Positions 1 to 13,060 of a stretch of DNA of 64,000 bases are shown here, one piece after another (the first letter of the stretch is position 1; each line of letters opens with the position of its first letter). The notes beneath the pieces were generated by a model. That model searched no databases and was not told the DNA's origin. It saw only the letters and a list, made by a program, of their open reading frames with translations. Location: positions 930,001 through 994,000 of the forward strand of contig CATNEN010000032.1 of the NCBI GenBank assembly GCA_950097015.1, written 5' to 3'. Made by a program: the position numbers and the translations under genes. The stretch comes from Macrostomum hystrix. Its lineage: Eukaryota; Animalia; Platyhelminthes.

Positions 1-429
1 CTGCTTGCTTAACAGAAATTGATTACCTCAATTTGTACTTTTATTAAGTATTTCTTTCTTTAGAATGCTGACTTTGCTATAATTAATTTGCCAGCATCTG
101 TTAATCTTCTTACTGTGTGTGCTCAAACAGTTGAGAAACGTTTTTAATGCTCCATATATATGCTTAACTGATCAATGTTAAAATGGCTCACAACTAGATG
201 GCAAAAATAAGCTTTGAAAATGCACAGAACACTTAATAAATATGCAATTTAAGTGAATTAGTTGATTTCGAGTCTCGATGCAATTGTTTTGTAAATGCAG
301 AGGTACTTGCCACTTTGCCTTCATAGTCTTCAATTAATTTACTTTCTAAATCCACAGAAACTTAAACTTGGTCCCCAATCCCATAAAACCTAAAATCGAT
401 TCTGAATCCCAATGAATCTTATTTTAACC

Positions 430-1752
430 CCAAATCCCAAGAAGCCTTATCTAACTTGGATCCAAATTCCAAGAAACAATATCTAAGCTTGTATCCGAAT
501 CCCAAAGAAACCCAAAATCTAACTCAGATCCAAATCCCAAGAAACCCTTCTAGCTTGACCCAAATCCCAAGAAACCCTATCTAACTGGGATCCAAATCCC
601 AAGATACCCTATCTAACTGGGATCCAAATCCCAAGAAACCCTATCTAACTTGGATCCAAGTCCCAAGAAACCCTGTCTAACTTGGATCCAAGTCCCAAGA
701 AACCCTGTCTAACTTGGATCCAAGTCCCAAGAAACCCTGTCTAACTTGGATCCACGTCCCAAGAAACCCTGTCTAACTTGGATCCAAGTCCCAAGAAACC
801 CTATCTAACTGGGATCCAAATCCCAAGATACCCTATCTAACTTGGATCCAAGTCCCAAGAAACCCTATCTAACTTGGATCCAAATCCCAAGATACCCTAT
901 CTAACTGGGATCCAAGTCCCAAGAAACCCTATCTAACTTGGATCCAAACCCCAAGAAACCCTATCTAACTTGGATCCAAATCCCAAGAAACCCTATCTAA
1001 CTGGGATCCAAATCCCAAGAAACCCTATCTAACTTGGATCCAAATCCCAAGAAACCCTATCTAACTTGGATCCAAATTCCAAGAAACAATATCTAAGCTT
1101 GTATCCGAATCCCAAAGAAACCCAAAATCTAACTCAGATCCAAATCCCAAGAAACCCTTCTAGCTTGACCCAAATCCCAAGAAACCCTATAATCTAACTT
1201 GGATCCAAATCCCAAGATACCCTATCTAACTGGGATCCAAACCCCAAGAAACCCTATCTAACTTGGATCCAAATCCCAAGATACCCTATCTAACTTGGAT
1301 CCAAGTCCCAAGAAACCCTATCTAACTTGGATCCAAGTCCCAAGAAACCCTATCTAACTGGGATCCAAGTCCCAAGAAACCCTATCTAACTTGGATCCAA
1401 ACCCCAAGAAACCCTATCTAACTGGGATCCAAATCCCAAGATACCCTATCTAACTGGGATCCAAACCCCAAGAAACCCTATCTAACTTGGATCCAAATCC
1501 CAAGATACCCTATCTAACTTGGATCCAAATCCCAAGATACCCTATCTAACTGGGATCCAAATCCCAAGATACCCTATCTAACTTGGATCCAAATCCCAAG
1601 ATACCCTATCTAACTTGGATCCAAATCCCAAGAAACCCTATCTAACTGGGATCCAAATCCCAAGATACCCTATCTAACTGGGATCCAAATCCCAAGATAC
1701 CCTATCTAACTTGGATCCAAATCCCAAGATACCCTATCTAACTTGGATCCTA
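430..1752. repeat. 32-bp minisatellite (AACTTGGATCCAAATCCCAAGAAACCCTATCT)
   Basis: About 40 tandem copies read directly. A divergent block at ~471-590 recurs at ~1081-1190 (higher-order duplication). Confidence 0.95.
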
Positions 1753-3440
1753 TTCTTAAGAAACTGGAAAAGCATAAATCAAAATTCTAATAAACCATGC
1801 AGAGATCTTAAAGCTACAATATATGGTTGCTAAAATCCAAAATATGATTATACATTTTACTAAGCTTTGAGCCAACACTTTTCAACACTTGATTCCCTAA
1901 CTGCATTCTGAATTTGAGACTGCGTTCTTTGTCAAGCATTTCGCAGCTAAATTAGTTTGAAGCTGGCCTAGACAGCGCAAGGCAGGAAGGACTGCCCACC
2001 CCAGCCCTAGTCACGTGCTGTAGCGCATGTTCGTGCATGTTAGTGCGCGTGCACTAGTGAAGAGGCAGAGTTAAATTAAAGTTCATTGACTGCTCCCTTC
2101 AAGGCATTTGCAAGATAACGAGGTGGTTACTAGCAGTGATATGAAAGGCTATAAAAAAACTACTAGATTTACAATGATGTTGGTTCAACATTACTCGTAT
2201 TCACAAAAAGAGAAAAATCTGCTTTTCTTTCTCGATCTTTGTTCGAAGCCAGAAAAGGCACAGACGGAACATGAATGCAGTTTCAGTTTCCATATTTCAA
2301 AAGAGAAAGTTTCGTACTAAGTTAAAAGCACAGAAAATCCACAGAATGCTCAATCGTTTATTTTGTCCTGTGTAGTTATGAGAAAAATAACATCAAGTTC
2401 ATTGTCAAATTGTCAAATTGTCAAATTCAAATTGTCAAATTGTCATATTTTTTCTTAAGTTGCTAACAATCTTAAGTTGCTCGTAACTCTTAAGAAACGA
2501 ATAGTTGTAAGTGCATTTGTTCCCTGAAAATCTGCCTTTCATAAACTTTCCAAGAAACGAAGTGTCCCGTCCTTGGGTTTATTGCAGTTCACAAGTATAG
2601 CCATAGAGTTTGTCCGAATATGAATGCAGTTTTATTGAACTTGATTGCAGAAATGACGAATTTGAGTGCGAGAAGGTGTAGTACTCCATTCTATTCTTTC
2701 CTCCATGTCCATCACACGCCAACAAATCGCGTCGACAATGTGCTGCTAACGACTGCAAGTCCTATGCTTCAGACTGTCCAACTGGGACGCGATTTCATTC
2801 CTTCCCGCATGGAAGGAATGAAATTTCCGTCTGTAGTGCACATGCCATCGTCTGTGATCAAGAAGCAACGCGATGGTAGACAATGAAGACGTTATTGCGG
2901 GCTTGCTCTGACTAATCTAAAATCACAGTGAAGTTAAATGATGGATCCGAAGAAATATTCTATTGAATTTGATGATTTAAACAGGAGAATGACTGCCAGT
3001 AGGAGCGATATTCTCGCCGTTGCCGATATTGAGGTGAAAAAGCCAGAACAGTTTAGATTGGTTCCAAAACTACAGTTTTGCCCCGGTGGCTCTCACGATT
3101 GGGAAGACAAGCGTTAGACTATGTCTGTGTACACTGTGCTATGCTCAACTATATTTTGTATTAAGCCTGAATCTACGAAGATATAAACTCGTAAATCAAT
3201 TTGCTGATATTTCTACTTAGTTGTTTCACCTAAAGAGTAGGATACTGAGAATTTTAATTCTGCATCACATCCCATAGACGATTGAGCATTCTGTGGATTT
3301 TTGAAAGCAAAAAATGTGTATAATTTATGAAATCGAAGCCAAATCGATTGAGGCTGTCAACCCAGCAGCCGCATAATTTTTCAGCAAGCGAGGAAAAGAT
3401 CGTTTGCTAAAGCTAATTCGGCATTCGGCAGCATCTCGAA

Positions 3441-4191
3441 ATGCCGCCAGTATCGAGGCGCCACTTGGCGTATCAGAACGATGGCGCCATCAATAACCAA
3501 TTTAAACAGCAGCCGACGATTCAGTACGTAGAAACTCAGAACCAGCTAAATCAGCATCATCACCGAGTCAACCAGGGAAGTCTATCAAGAAGGCGCCTGG
3601 AGCTGCTGCAGCCGCCGTCGCTGCAAGAGCATCATCACCATCTGCGCAGCTACCACAGCAACGCCAAGTCCAGCTCAGCTTCATCTAATGCTGCGGAGGC
3701 CGACTGGCAGTTTCAGCAGCCGCAGCCCTACCAGACCAATAGCAACGACCCGGAGGAGGAGGTCGACTACGACGAAAATGACTACGCGACAGCCGGAGCG
3801 AATAACAACGATGCCTGCTGCCGGTACACGTCGCGGTCGCCGCCGCGCCACTTTGGCCGACGCTATTCAGGCTCCGACCGCGAGTTTCCAGGCTCTATTC
3901 TGGAAACAGCGGGGGCGGCTGCGTCTCGTCAAGGCGCTGCACCGCTCCGAGTAAAAGCGCCTGCGGATTCGGCGGTAGCGGCGGCGGCGGCGGCGCCTGC
4001 ACAGTTGCGAGTGGTGGAAGCGCAGAAAGCAAAAATGGCAAGTCCCCGAAGGTGCACTTAGTCATTCAGGTTCTCGGCTGCTGCTGCAATGCCACAGGCA
4101 GCGCCGCTTCTGCTGGCGATCAGCCAAACGCGTGGGGACCACCAGCGCCTCCTTCGCAGTCAGCACCGCTGCTGCTGCCGCTGCTGCCGCC

Positions 4192-4222
<31 letters not shown>

Positions 4223-4453
4223 CCTCAGCCGCCGCCACAGCTAGCACCAATTCTGCACCACGCCACGCTCAGAAGAAACAAATGCCGGCTAAACTGGGGC
4301 GAGGTCAACAATTCGATCGGCAGCTTGGTCGGCGACGGCGGCTTCGAAGGCGGCAGCAGTAACGGCAGCCAGGTGTACCGGTTGAATCTTCCGTGCTGTT
4401 GTCAAGTAAACCCCAGTCGCAATGCCGAGTTAGAGAACGCTTTTAAGCGTTGA
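3441..4453 (+). CDS. Putative low-complexity (Q/H/P/G-rich) protein of unknown function, split across two overlapping frames
   Basis: ATG at 3441 opens a frame to 4061. A second frame is stop-free from 3806 to 4453 (GSGGGGACTVASGG...VHLVIQVLGCCC...poly-Pro...HHATLRRNK). GC-rich codon style resembles the other genes in the window, but no domain was recognised. Confidence 0.45.
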
Positions 4454-5717
4454 GTTGCTTGGCATAGTTTCTGCCCCAGACTCTCTATTTAAAAGAACTC
4501 AGCTGGCCATTTCGAGCGAATTCAGTTTTTTGCTATCCTCGACTGGGCCATGACGAACCGGCCGTGAAAACAAAAAGGCAGCAAGCAACAGTTCGCAAAG
4601 CAGCGAACTGCTTCTCCTGTTGCATAATATATATCTCTAGTTATCAATCAATATTTTACTGACCGTGAGAAGCTTGTTTGTTGGCTTTGGCTTTTTTGCC
4701 TTGACCCAAATAGAGGGGAAAATAGTACGACTGTATGTAGCTCAAGCTACTAAGAAATAAAAATGTTTAATGAGCATCCTGTCTTGTTTAGACAGTGGAC
4801 TAGCAGTGCCTTAGCTCGCTAAAAAAGTAAAGGACAAAATGTTATTGATCTGTGCTGGAGCTAGAGAATGGATGAATTAAATGCATAAAGCCCTGGAGAC
4901 AGAGTTGACGAACTGGGATCGGGAGAGAAACGGATGAGTTGATTGCGGAAAAATTGAGTAGCACGACCTCCTGTAAATCTAATAGCAAAAATGCCATCCT
5001 AATTAAGGCATTCGCTCGGGTTCTTTTTCATGAGATTAGTGAGTCGATGATTTCACTGGTCATGAATATGCAGTCAGTCAGATTCTTCTGAAACTCTACA
5101 TGGCCTGAAGGCTCCGTTCTATTAGACGATGCTTCCATGGTTAAAAGCCAGAAAGCTGACTGACACGGGACAGAAAAAGCAATGCCCCGCCCGGACGAAG
5201 CTCGCATGCACTACGCGGCTGTTAACAAATTTGTCCTGTCTCCACTGTTTCGCGTAGGATTGCCTTTCGATCACAAATGGATTTTGACAGACCCCGGGGA
5301 ATTCAGAGAGTTGTGATGGGCAGGTGGAATGGTCCAGGGAAAAACATAGACAATGGCAGAAGAACCAAACGGTCGCATCCAATCTCAGTTGCTGTCTTTC
5401 ACTGTTCGGCAGAGCTCTCGCGTGTGTCTGTATGTATTAGAAAAATGTATTGTTTGCACTATAGCCTTCAACTTGGCAAGTACGAACTCCTGGTGCTTGC
5501 TCTGTCTCATCTCTAGCTATTTCTCTTTCTCTTCTGCTATAATATGACTTCTCCGCGAGAACCTAGAGTCCTAGACGGAACCTGATTGGACAATCAGGCT
5601 CCGTATAACAGAATCAGCATACTTATGATGCCCTATTGAACCAGTAGCTCATACAACCAAAAGTAGATTTGCTAATCAATCGCAAACCAGAGCTCCGAAG
5701 TGGCAGCAGCAGCACAG

Positions 5718-8700
5718 ATGGAATTATCCCAGCTCTTGTCGCCGAGGGTTGTCGGTTCCGGCTACGACAACGGCAGTTCGGGCAGCACTGGCGGCAGTGG
5801 GCCATTTCTGGCTCTGCTGTATCCGGGTGAGAATGAAGTACAGAGTATTTTGAATATCATCAGAGTCCAGTGTCGTAGCCAGGATTTTTGTCTAGGGGGG
5901 CCGCGCCTTTTGGGGACGCCATGCTACCAGGGGGGGCGCCACTACTGGGGGGCGAAACTACTGGAGGGGGCGAAACTACTGGGGGGCGAAACTACTGGGG
6001 GGGGGCGAAACTACTGGAGGGGGGCGAAACTACTGGGGGGCGAAACTACTGGAGGGGGGGCGAAACTACTGGGGGGCGCCACTACTGGGGGGCGAAACTA
6101 CTGGGGGGGGCGAAACTACTGGGGGGGGCGAAACTACTGGGGGGCGAAACTACTGGGGGGCGAAACTACTGGGGGGCGAAACTACTGGGGGGCGAAACTA
6201 CTGGGGGGCGAAACTACTGGGGGGCGAAACTACTGGGGGGGGGCGAAACTACTGGGGGGCGAAAATACTGGGGGGCGAAAATACTGGGGGCGAAACTACT
6301 GGGGGGCGAAACTACTGGGGGGCGAAACTACTGGGGGCGGCGAAACTACTGGGGGGGGGCGAAACTACTGGGGGCGAAACTACTGGGGGCGCCACTACTG
6401 GGGGAGAGGCGCCACTACTGGGGGGCGCCACTACTGGGGGCGCCACTGCTCGTACTAATGGGGCACCACATAGTTTCGTCAGCCGATGGGGGTGCAGCGG
6501 CCTCCTTGCCCCCCGCCCCAGCCTGAGTCTGTGGGAAGTCCAGTCCTAATGCATCCGTTTTATTCCATTCAGAGATCGCAGTGCCCGGACTATCAATCCT
6601 AGTGCTGGGCTGCGTGTTTGGCTCCATCGGCAATGTCCTGGTCATCCTGGCTGTTGCATTGTGGAAGGTTTGCACGGACATTGATAAGCAGTGTTATAGA
6701 TTGTTATAAATGTTAACACTAGTTTATATCGTTTCTAGACTTAAATCTCGTCTGCTTTAGTATCAAGTTTAAAAGCTGCTAGTGCTGGCACAGGTACTCG
6801 TAGATGCTGGTGTTGGCACAGGTACTCGTAGATGCTGGTGTTGGCACAGGTACTCGTAGATGCTGGTGTTGGCACAGGTAGATGCTGGTGTTGGCACAGG
6901 TAGATGCTGGTGTTGGCACAGGTAGATGCTGGTGTTGGCACAGGTAGATGCTGGTGTTGGCATAGGTGGATGCTGGTGTTGGCACATGTAGATGCTGGTG
7001 TTGGCATAGGTGGATGCTGGTGTTGGCACAGGTAGATGCTGGTGTTGGCACATGTAGATGCTGGTGTTGGCACAGGTAGATGCTGGTGTTGGCACAGGTG
7101 GATGCTGGTGTTGGCACATGTAGATGCTGGTGTTGGCACATGTAGATGCTGGTGTTGGCATAGGTGGATGCTGGTGTTGGCACAGGTAGATGCTGGTGTT
7201 GGCATAGGTGGATGCTGGTGTTGGCACAGGTAGATGCTGGTGTTGGCACAGGTAGATGCTGGTGTTGGCACAGGTGGATGCTGGTGTTGGCACAGGTAGA
7301 TGCTGGTGTTGGCACAGGTGGATGCTGGTGTTGGCAAAGGTTGCATGAATGTCGCCCACCTGTTGATTGCAGCCGCTGCACACTGTTGGCAATGTTTTCG
7401 TTGTCAACCTCGCCATAGCCGATTTGCTAATCAAGATTTTCTCCGATCCGTTCGGAATAGTAGGTGAGCAGTGATTTATCATTTGCACTCTTTGCCAGCT
7501 CAAGGTGTGCTCGATTATCTACATACTTCTGTCTCACATTCTCCTATTTTTCTTCACATTTCACCTCACTAATTATCAACCGGGACACCATGAGTACACA
7601 CTCGTGAATGCCTGTCGGAATACTAATTTGGGACGAGTAGACAATTGTTATAATGTGTGCTTAAACACGATCGATAAGGCATTCCCTTCAGTTTTCGTAG
7701 AAATTAATTAATTAATTCACAACGACACCTAATTATGCAAGTTCATACGCTCGAAAGAAATGAATTATGGACCGCACAACCTTCTTCCATCACTAGTGTC
7801 TCGCTATCATCCCAATTACTGATTTCTCCCCACTCTGATTTCTCCCCACTCTGATTCCTCCCCACTCTGATTCCTCCCCACTCTGCTATCTCCCCACTCT
7901 GCTATCTCCCTACTCTGATTTCTCCCCACTCAGATTTCTCCCCACTCTGATTTCTCCCCACTCAGAGTTCTCCCCACTCAGAGTTCTCCTAAATCTGACC
8001 TATCTGTAGCAAAGTAAAATTGCAGCCTATCTGTAGCAAAGCGTCTAATTACGAGCATGTTACGAAACGACACCTAATTATGCAAGTTCATACGCTCGAA
8101 AGAACTGAATTATGGACCGCACAACCTTCTTCCATCACTAGTGTCTCGCTATCATCCCAATTACTGATTTCTCCCCACTCTGATTTCTCCCCACTCTGAT
8201 TCCTCCCCACTCTGATTCCTCCCCACTCTGCTATCTCCCTACTCTGATTTCTCCCCACTCTGATTTCTCCCCACTCTGCTATCTCCCCACTCTGATTTCT
8301 CCCCACTCAGAGTTCTCCTAAATCTGACCTATCTGTAGCAAAGTAAAATTGCAGCCTATCTGTAGCAAAGCGTCTAATTACGAGCATGTAAAATGCATTC
8401 AGGAAACTCATTCGCATGATAAAGATGCAGCAGACCAATATTCATTAGCAAATGCTTTTCGTTTCATCAGAGTGCTCAAGAGAGGCTGTAAGCTGTTCGT
8501 CAAGTCTCGACATCTCGTCATCTAGAGGTACAGTTATTAACTTGCACCGAAATATGGAATTAAATAAAGTGCAGCTGAACTAAAACACTTGCAATAGACA
8601 GGACTGACATTTTTACTGATGCAGAAATCAAATGCTAAATAAATATGAAAAGTGCTAGATTTGCTAAATCTGCATCATTGTTTCATTGTAAATTTACTAA

Positions 8701-10938
8701 ATAAATTTGAATGACGACTTAAACCCATGTCTGAGTGAGTCAGACACTAACTGAGTGAGTCTGACACTAACTGAGTGAGTCTGACACTAACTGAGTGAGT
8801 CAGACACTAACTGAGTGAGTCAGACACTAACTGAGTGAGTCAGACACTAACTGAGTGAGTCAGACACTAAATGAGTGAGTCTGACACTAACTGAGTGAGT
8901 CAGACACTATTTGAATGCATCTGACACTAGCTGAATGCATCTGACACTAGCTGAATGCATCTGACACTAGCTGAATGCATCTGACACTAGCTGAATGCAT
9001 CTGACACTAGCTGAATGAATCTGACACAAGCTGAATGAATCTCACACTGGCTGAATGCATCTGACACTAGCTGAATGCATCTGACACTAGCTGAATGCAT
9101 CTGACACTAGCTGAATGCATCTGACACTAGCTGAATGCATCTGACACTAGCTGAATGCATCTGACACTGACTGAATGAACATTAATCAAGGTGCAACAAG
9201 CAACAAATGTTCACCAATGCAGGCATCACCGTCGGTCGCAGCTATTTCCTGGACAGGCCAGCCCTGTGCACATTCATCGCCTCAATCTGCCTGATATGCT
9301 GCTTCTGCTCCCTGCTGAGCATCGGGTTCATCGCGGTGAATCGCTACATATTCATCTGCCGGCACAGCCTGTACGCCAGGGTCTACAACCGCTGCTCCCT
9401 GGGCCCAATGCTGGCGGCACTCTGGCTGGCTAGCTGCATTATGGAGCTGCCTAACTACCTGGGGCGGGGCAGGCACATCTTCGACCCGAAAAACTTGGCC
9501 TGCCTGTGGGACCGCATGGCCGACCGGGGCTACACCTTCTTCGTCAGCGTGGCCGCTATCGGCTCGCCCTGCCTGCTCATAGCTGTCTGCTACCTGGCCA
9601 TCTTCTTGCACGTGCGCGGGCGATCGAGACGGGTCGCCCAGTCTGTTAAGGGCGAGCAGGTGACGGCATTCCGCTTTTCGCTTGACATGTTACCACAAAT
9701 TAGCCTGCAACAACACCCACAACCCCAGCATCAACACTCGCAACCCCAGGTAGAACACCCACAACCCCAGCTTCAACAATCGCAATCCCAGGTAGAACAC
9801 CCACAACCCCAGCTTAAACACTCGCAACCCCAGGTAGAACACCCACAACCCCAGCATCAACACTCGCAACCCCAGGTAGAACACCCACAACCCCAGCATC
9901 AACACTCGCAACCCCAGGTAGAACACCCACAACCCCAGCTTCAACACTCGCAACCCCAGGTAGAACACCCACAGCCCCAGCTTCAACACTCGCAACCCCA
10001 GGTAGAACACCCACAACCCCAGCATCAACACTCGCAACCCCAGGTAGAACACCCACAACCCCAGCATCAACACTCGCAACCCCAGGTAGAACACCCACAG
10101 CCCCAGCTTCAACACTCGCAACCCCAGGTAGAACACCCACAACCCCAGCATCAACACTCGCAACCCCAGGTAGAACACCCACAACCCCAGCATCAACACT
10201 CGCAACCCCAGGTAGAACACCCACAACCCCAGCTTCAACACTCGCAACCCCAGGTAGAACACCCACAACCCCAGCATCAACACTCGCAACCCCAGGTAGA
10301 ACACCCACAACCCCAGCTTCAACACTCGCAACCCCAGGTAGAACACCCACGACCCTAGCTTCAACAATCGCAACCCCAGGTAGAACAGTCGCAATCCCAG
10401 GCAGAACAGCCGCAATCCCAGGCAGAACAGTCGCAATCCCAGGCAGAACAGCCGCAATCCCAGGTAGAACAGCCGCAATCCCAGGCAGAACAGTTCTACC
10501 TGAGCTCCAAGAGTCATTAGCAGCCTGAACAACCCGCAGGCGGTGCAGCAGTCTCGCAGTTCGATTCGCCTGGCTCGCACGCTGTTCCTGGTTTTCGCCA
10601 TCCTGGTCCTCTGCTGGACGCCCTACGCCTTCCTGGTGCTGTTCGATCACGATGATCGCCTGCCGGTTCACGCCCACGCCTACGCCATAATTCTGGCCCA
10701 CTTCAACTCCACCGTTAATCCGGTGATCTACGGCGTCTCCAACCAGGAGTTCCGGCGCGGCTATCGCTACGTCTGGCGCCGGTGCTGCCTGCAGCCGGTG
10801 ACTTTGGCTGCGGCCCGAATGCGGCCCGAGTCAGCGGTTCGGGCTGGCGACCAAGGCACTGCAATTAGGGGAACTACGACGATGGCGGCGGAAGTGACGC
10901 TGGCCTCGCACGACCAGCTGGAGCTGCAGGCAGCCTGA
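5718..10938 (+). CDS. Class A GPCR, melatonin-receptor-like (invertebrate type), ~376 aa, 5 exons
   Basis: Exons 5718-5826, 6573-6667, 7373-7463, 9223-9659, 10540-10938; all introns GT-AG, phases compatible, total 1131 nt. Motifs: N-terminal NGS sequon, TM1 GSIGNVLVILAV, TM2 VNLAIADLL, TM3 NRY(IFIC) (NRY is typical of melatonin receptors), TM6 CWTPY, TM7 HFNSTVNPVIYG..NQEFR. The exon 5 acceptor is the least certain junction. Confidence 0.88.
5920..6448. repeat. G-rich ~15-bp minisatellite (GGGGGCGAAACTACT, variable G runs) in GPCR intron 1
   Basis: Tandem units with G4-G8 runs, lying between donor 5827 and acceptor 6572. Confidence 0.93.
6785..7337. repeat. 22-bp minisatellite (GATGCTGGTGTTGGCACAGGTA) in GPCR intron 2
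   Basis: About 24 tandem copies; source of the repetitive ORFs at 6741-7503. Confidence 0.95.
7721..8389. repeat. ~345-bp tandem duplication, each copy containing a 16-bp (CTGATTTCTCCCCACT) array, in GPCR intron 3
   Basis: Copy 1 is 7721-8060 and copy 2 is 8066-8389. Both start AACGACACCTAATTATGCAAG and end GCGTCTAATTACGAGCATGT; the number of 16-mers differs. Confidence 0.92.
8731..9178. repeat. 20-bp minisatellite with two variant blocks (CTGAGTGAGTCAGACACTAA, then CTGAATGCATCTGACACTAG)
   Basis: Read directly; the variant switches at ~8910. Confidence 0.93.
9712..10495. repeat. 42-bp minisatellite (CAACACTCGCAACCCCAGGTAGAACACCCACAACCCCAGCAT) grading into 21-bp units, in predicted GPCR intron 4
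   Basis: About 15 copies of the 42-mer followed by ~6 of a 21-mer. The frame of exon 4 stays open (HPQPQHQHSQPQVE) until TAG at 10356-10358. Confidence 0.93.
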
Positions 10939-11417
10939 TGAACTTCACTCTGGTTGCACTATACTTGAAGTAAAACTAGAGCGAAAAAATGTATATTTAA
11001 ACACGAGCTTTAATGCAAAAGGCGGCATTAAATTATTAAACAAGAGTCTGGTTCGTGTAGCGAAATTGTAGGAAGCAGCAGCCGCAGCCAGACAGGCCCG
11101 CAGGTTGCGTGCAGCAAGCCAGAACTGTTTCTGTTCTGAGACAGATCGTGTCGAGCAGTCATTTAAAGAGGCTGCCTTATGAGAGCTATGTTTACAGATC
11201 AAAGCAAAAGCGGGCTTATCGCTGCAACCTTTTTTCATAATTTATCTGACTGCACGCGATTAGCGTCTAATCTGCGCTAGTAGAATTAGCCCCACCATTT
11301 ACCGCGTGACGTGTGAGCTGGCCTCTGTTACAAATAGAATAATCCTTCGTTTAAGGTGTACCCGAAAGTATTTATTCCAGTTTTAGGGATGAAACATCCC
11401 TAACTTTGGACATGGTC

Positions 11418-13060
11418 CAGATTATCAGGTAGATTATGAATTATCAGGTAGATTATGGATTATCAGGTAGAATCTGGATTATCAAGTAGATTCTAGATTA
11501 TCAGGTAGATTCTGGATTATCAGGTAGATTCTGGATTATCAGGTAGATTCTAGATTATCAGTTAGATTCTGGATTATCAGGTAGAACTGGATAATCTGGA
11601 AGATTCTGGATTATCAGGTAGAATCTGGATTATCAAGTAGATTCTAGATTATCAGGTAGATTCTGGATTATCAGGCAGAACTGGATAATCTGGAAGATTC
11701 TGGATTATCAGGTAGAATCTGGATTATCAAGTAGATTCTAGATTATCAGGTAGATTCTGGATTATCAGGTAGAACTGGATAATCTGGAAGATTCTGGATT
11801 ATCAGGTAGAATCTGGATTATCAGGTAGATTCTGGATTATCAGGTAGATTCTAGATTATCAGGTAGATTATGGATTATCAGGTAGAATCTGGATTATCAA
11901 GTAGATTCTAGATTATCAGGTAGATTCTGGATTATAAGGTAGATTCTAGATTATCAGTTAGATTCTGGATTATCAGGTAGATCTGGATAATCTGGAAGAT
12001 TCTGGATTATCAGGTAGAATCAGGATTATCAAGTAGATTCTAGATTATCAGGTAGATTCAGGATTATCAGGTAGATTCTAGATTATCAGGTAGATTCTGG
12101 ATTATCAGGTAGATTCTGGATTATCTGGAAGATTCTGGATTATCAGGTAGATTCTGGATTATCAGGAAGATTCTGGATTATCAGGTAGATTCTGGATTAT
12201 CAGGTAGATTCTAGATTATCAGGTAGATTCTAGATTATCAGGTAGAATCTAGATTATCATGTAAAATCTAGATTATCAGGTAGATTCTGGATTATCAGGT
12301 AGATTCTGGATTATCTGGAAGATTCTGGATTATCAGGTAGATTCTGGATTATCAGGTAGAATCTGGATTATCAGGTAGATTCTGGATTATCAGGTAGATT
12401 CTGGATTATTAGGTAGAATCTAAATTATCATGTAAAATCTAGATTATCAGATAGATTCTGGATTATCAGGTAGATTCTGGATTATTAGGTAGATTCTAGA
12501 TTATCAGGTAGAATCTGGATTAACAGGTAAGTTCTGGATTATCAGATAGATTCTGGATTATCAGGTAGATTCTGGATTATCTGGAAGATTCTGGATTATC
12601 AGGTAGATTCTGGATTATCTGGTAGAATCTGGATTATCAGGTAGAATCTAGCTTATCAGGTAGAATCTGGATTATAAGGTAGAATCTGGATTGTCAGGTA
12701 GAATCTGGATTATCTGGAAGATTCTGGATTATCAGGTAGAATCTGGATTAACAGGTAAGTTCTGGATTATCAGATAGATTCTGGATTATCAGGTAGATTC
12801 TGGATTATCTGGAAGATTCTGGATTATCAGGTAGATTCTGGATTATCTGGTAGAATCTGGAATATCAGGTAGAATCTAGCTTATCAGGTAGAATCTGGAT
12901 TATAAGGTAGAATCTAGCTTATCAGGTAGAATCTAGCTTATCAGGTAGATTCCGGATTATCAGGTAGAATCTGGATTAACAGGTAAGTTCTGGATTATCG
13001 GGTTGGTTCTGGATTATCAAGTATGTTCTGGATTATCAGGTAGGTTTTATTATCAGGTGG
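11418..13060. repeat. 19-bp minisatellite (TCTGGATTATCAGGTAGAT)
   Basis: More than 80 tandem copies over ~1.65 kb. Confidence 0.96.

Noticed and set aside
6458-6667. In-frame ATG(6458)…TGA(6524)…TM1, suggesting readthrough, selenocysteine or a pseudogene in the GPCR
   Set aside because: A strong acceptor (TTCCATTCAG, 6572) joins in phase with an upstream exon (5718-5826, GTGAG donor), so the TGA is intronic.
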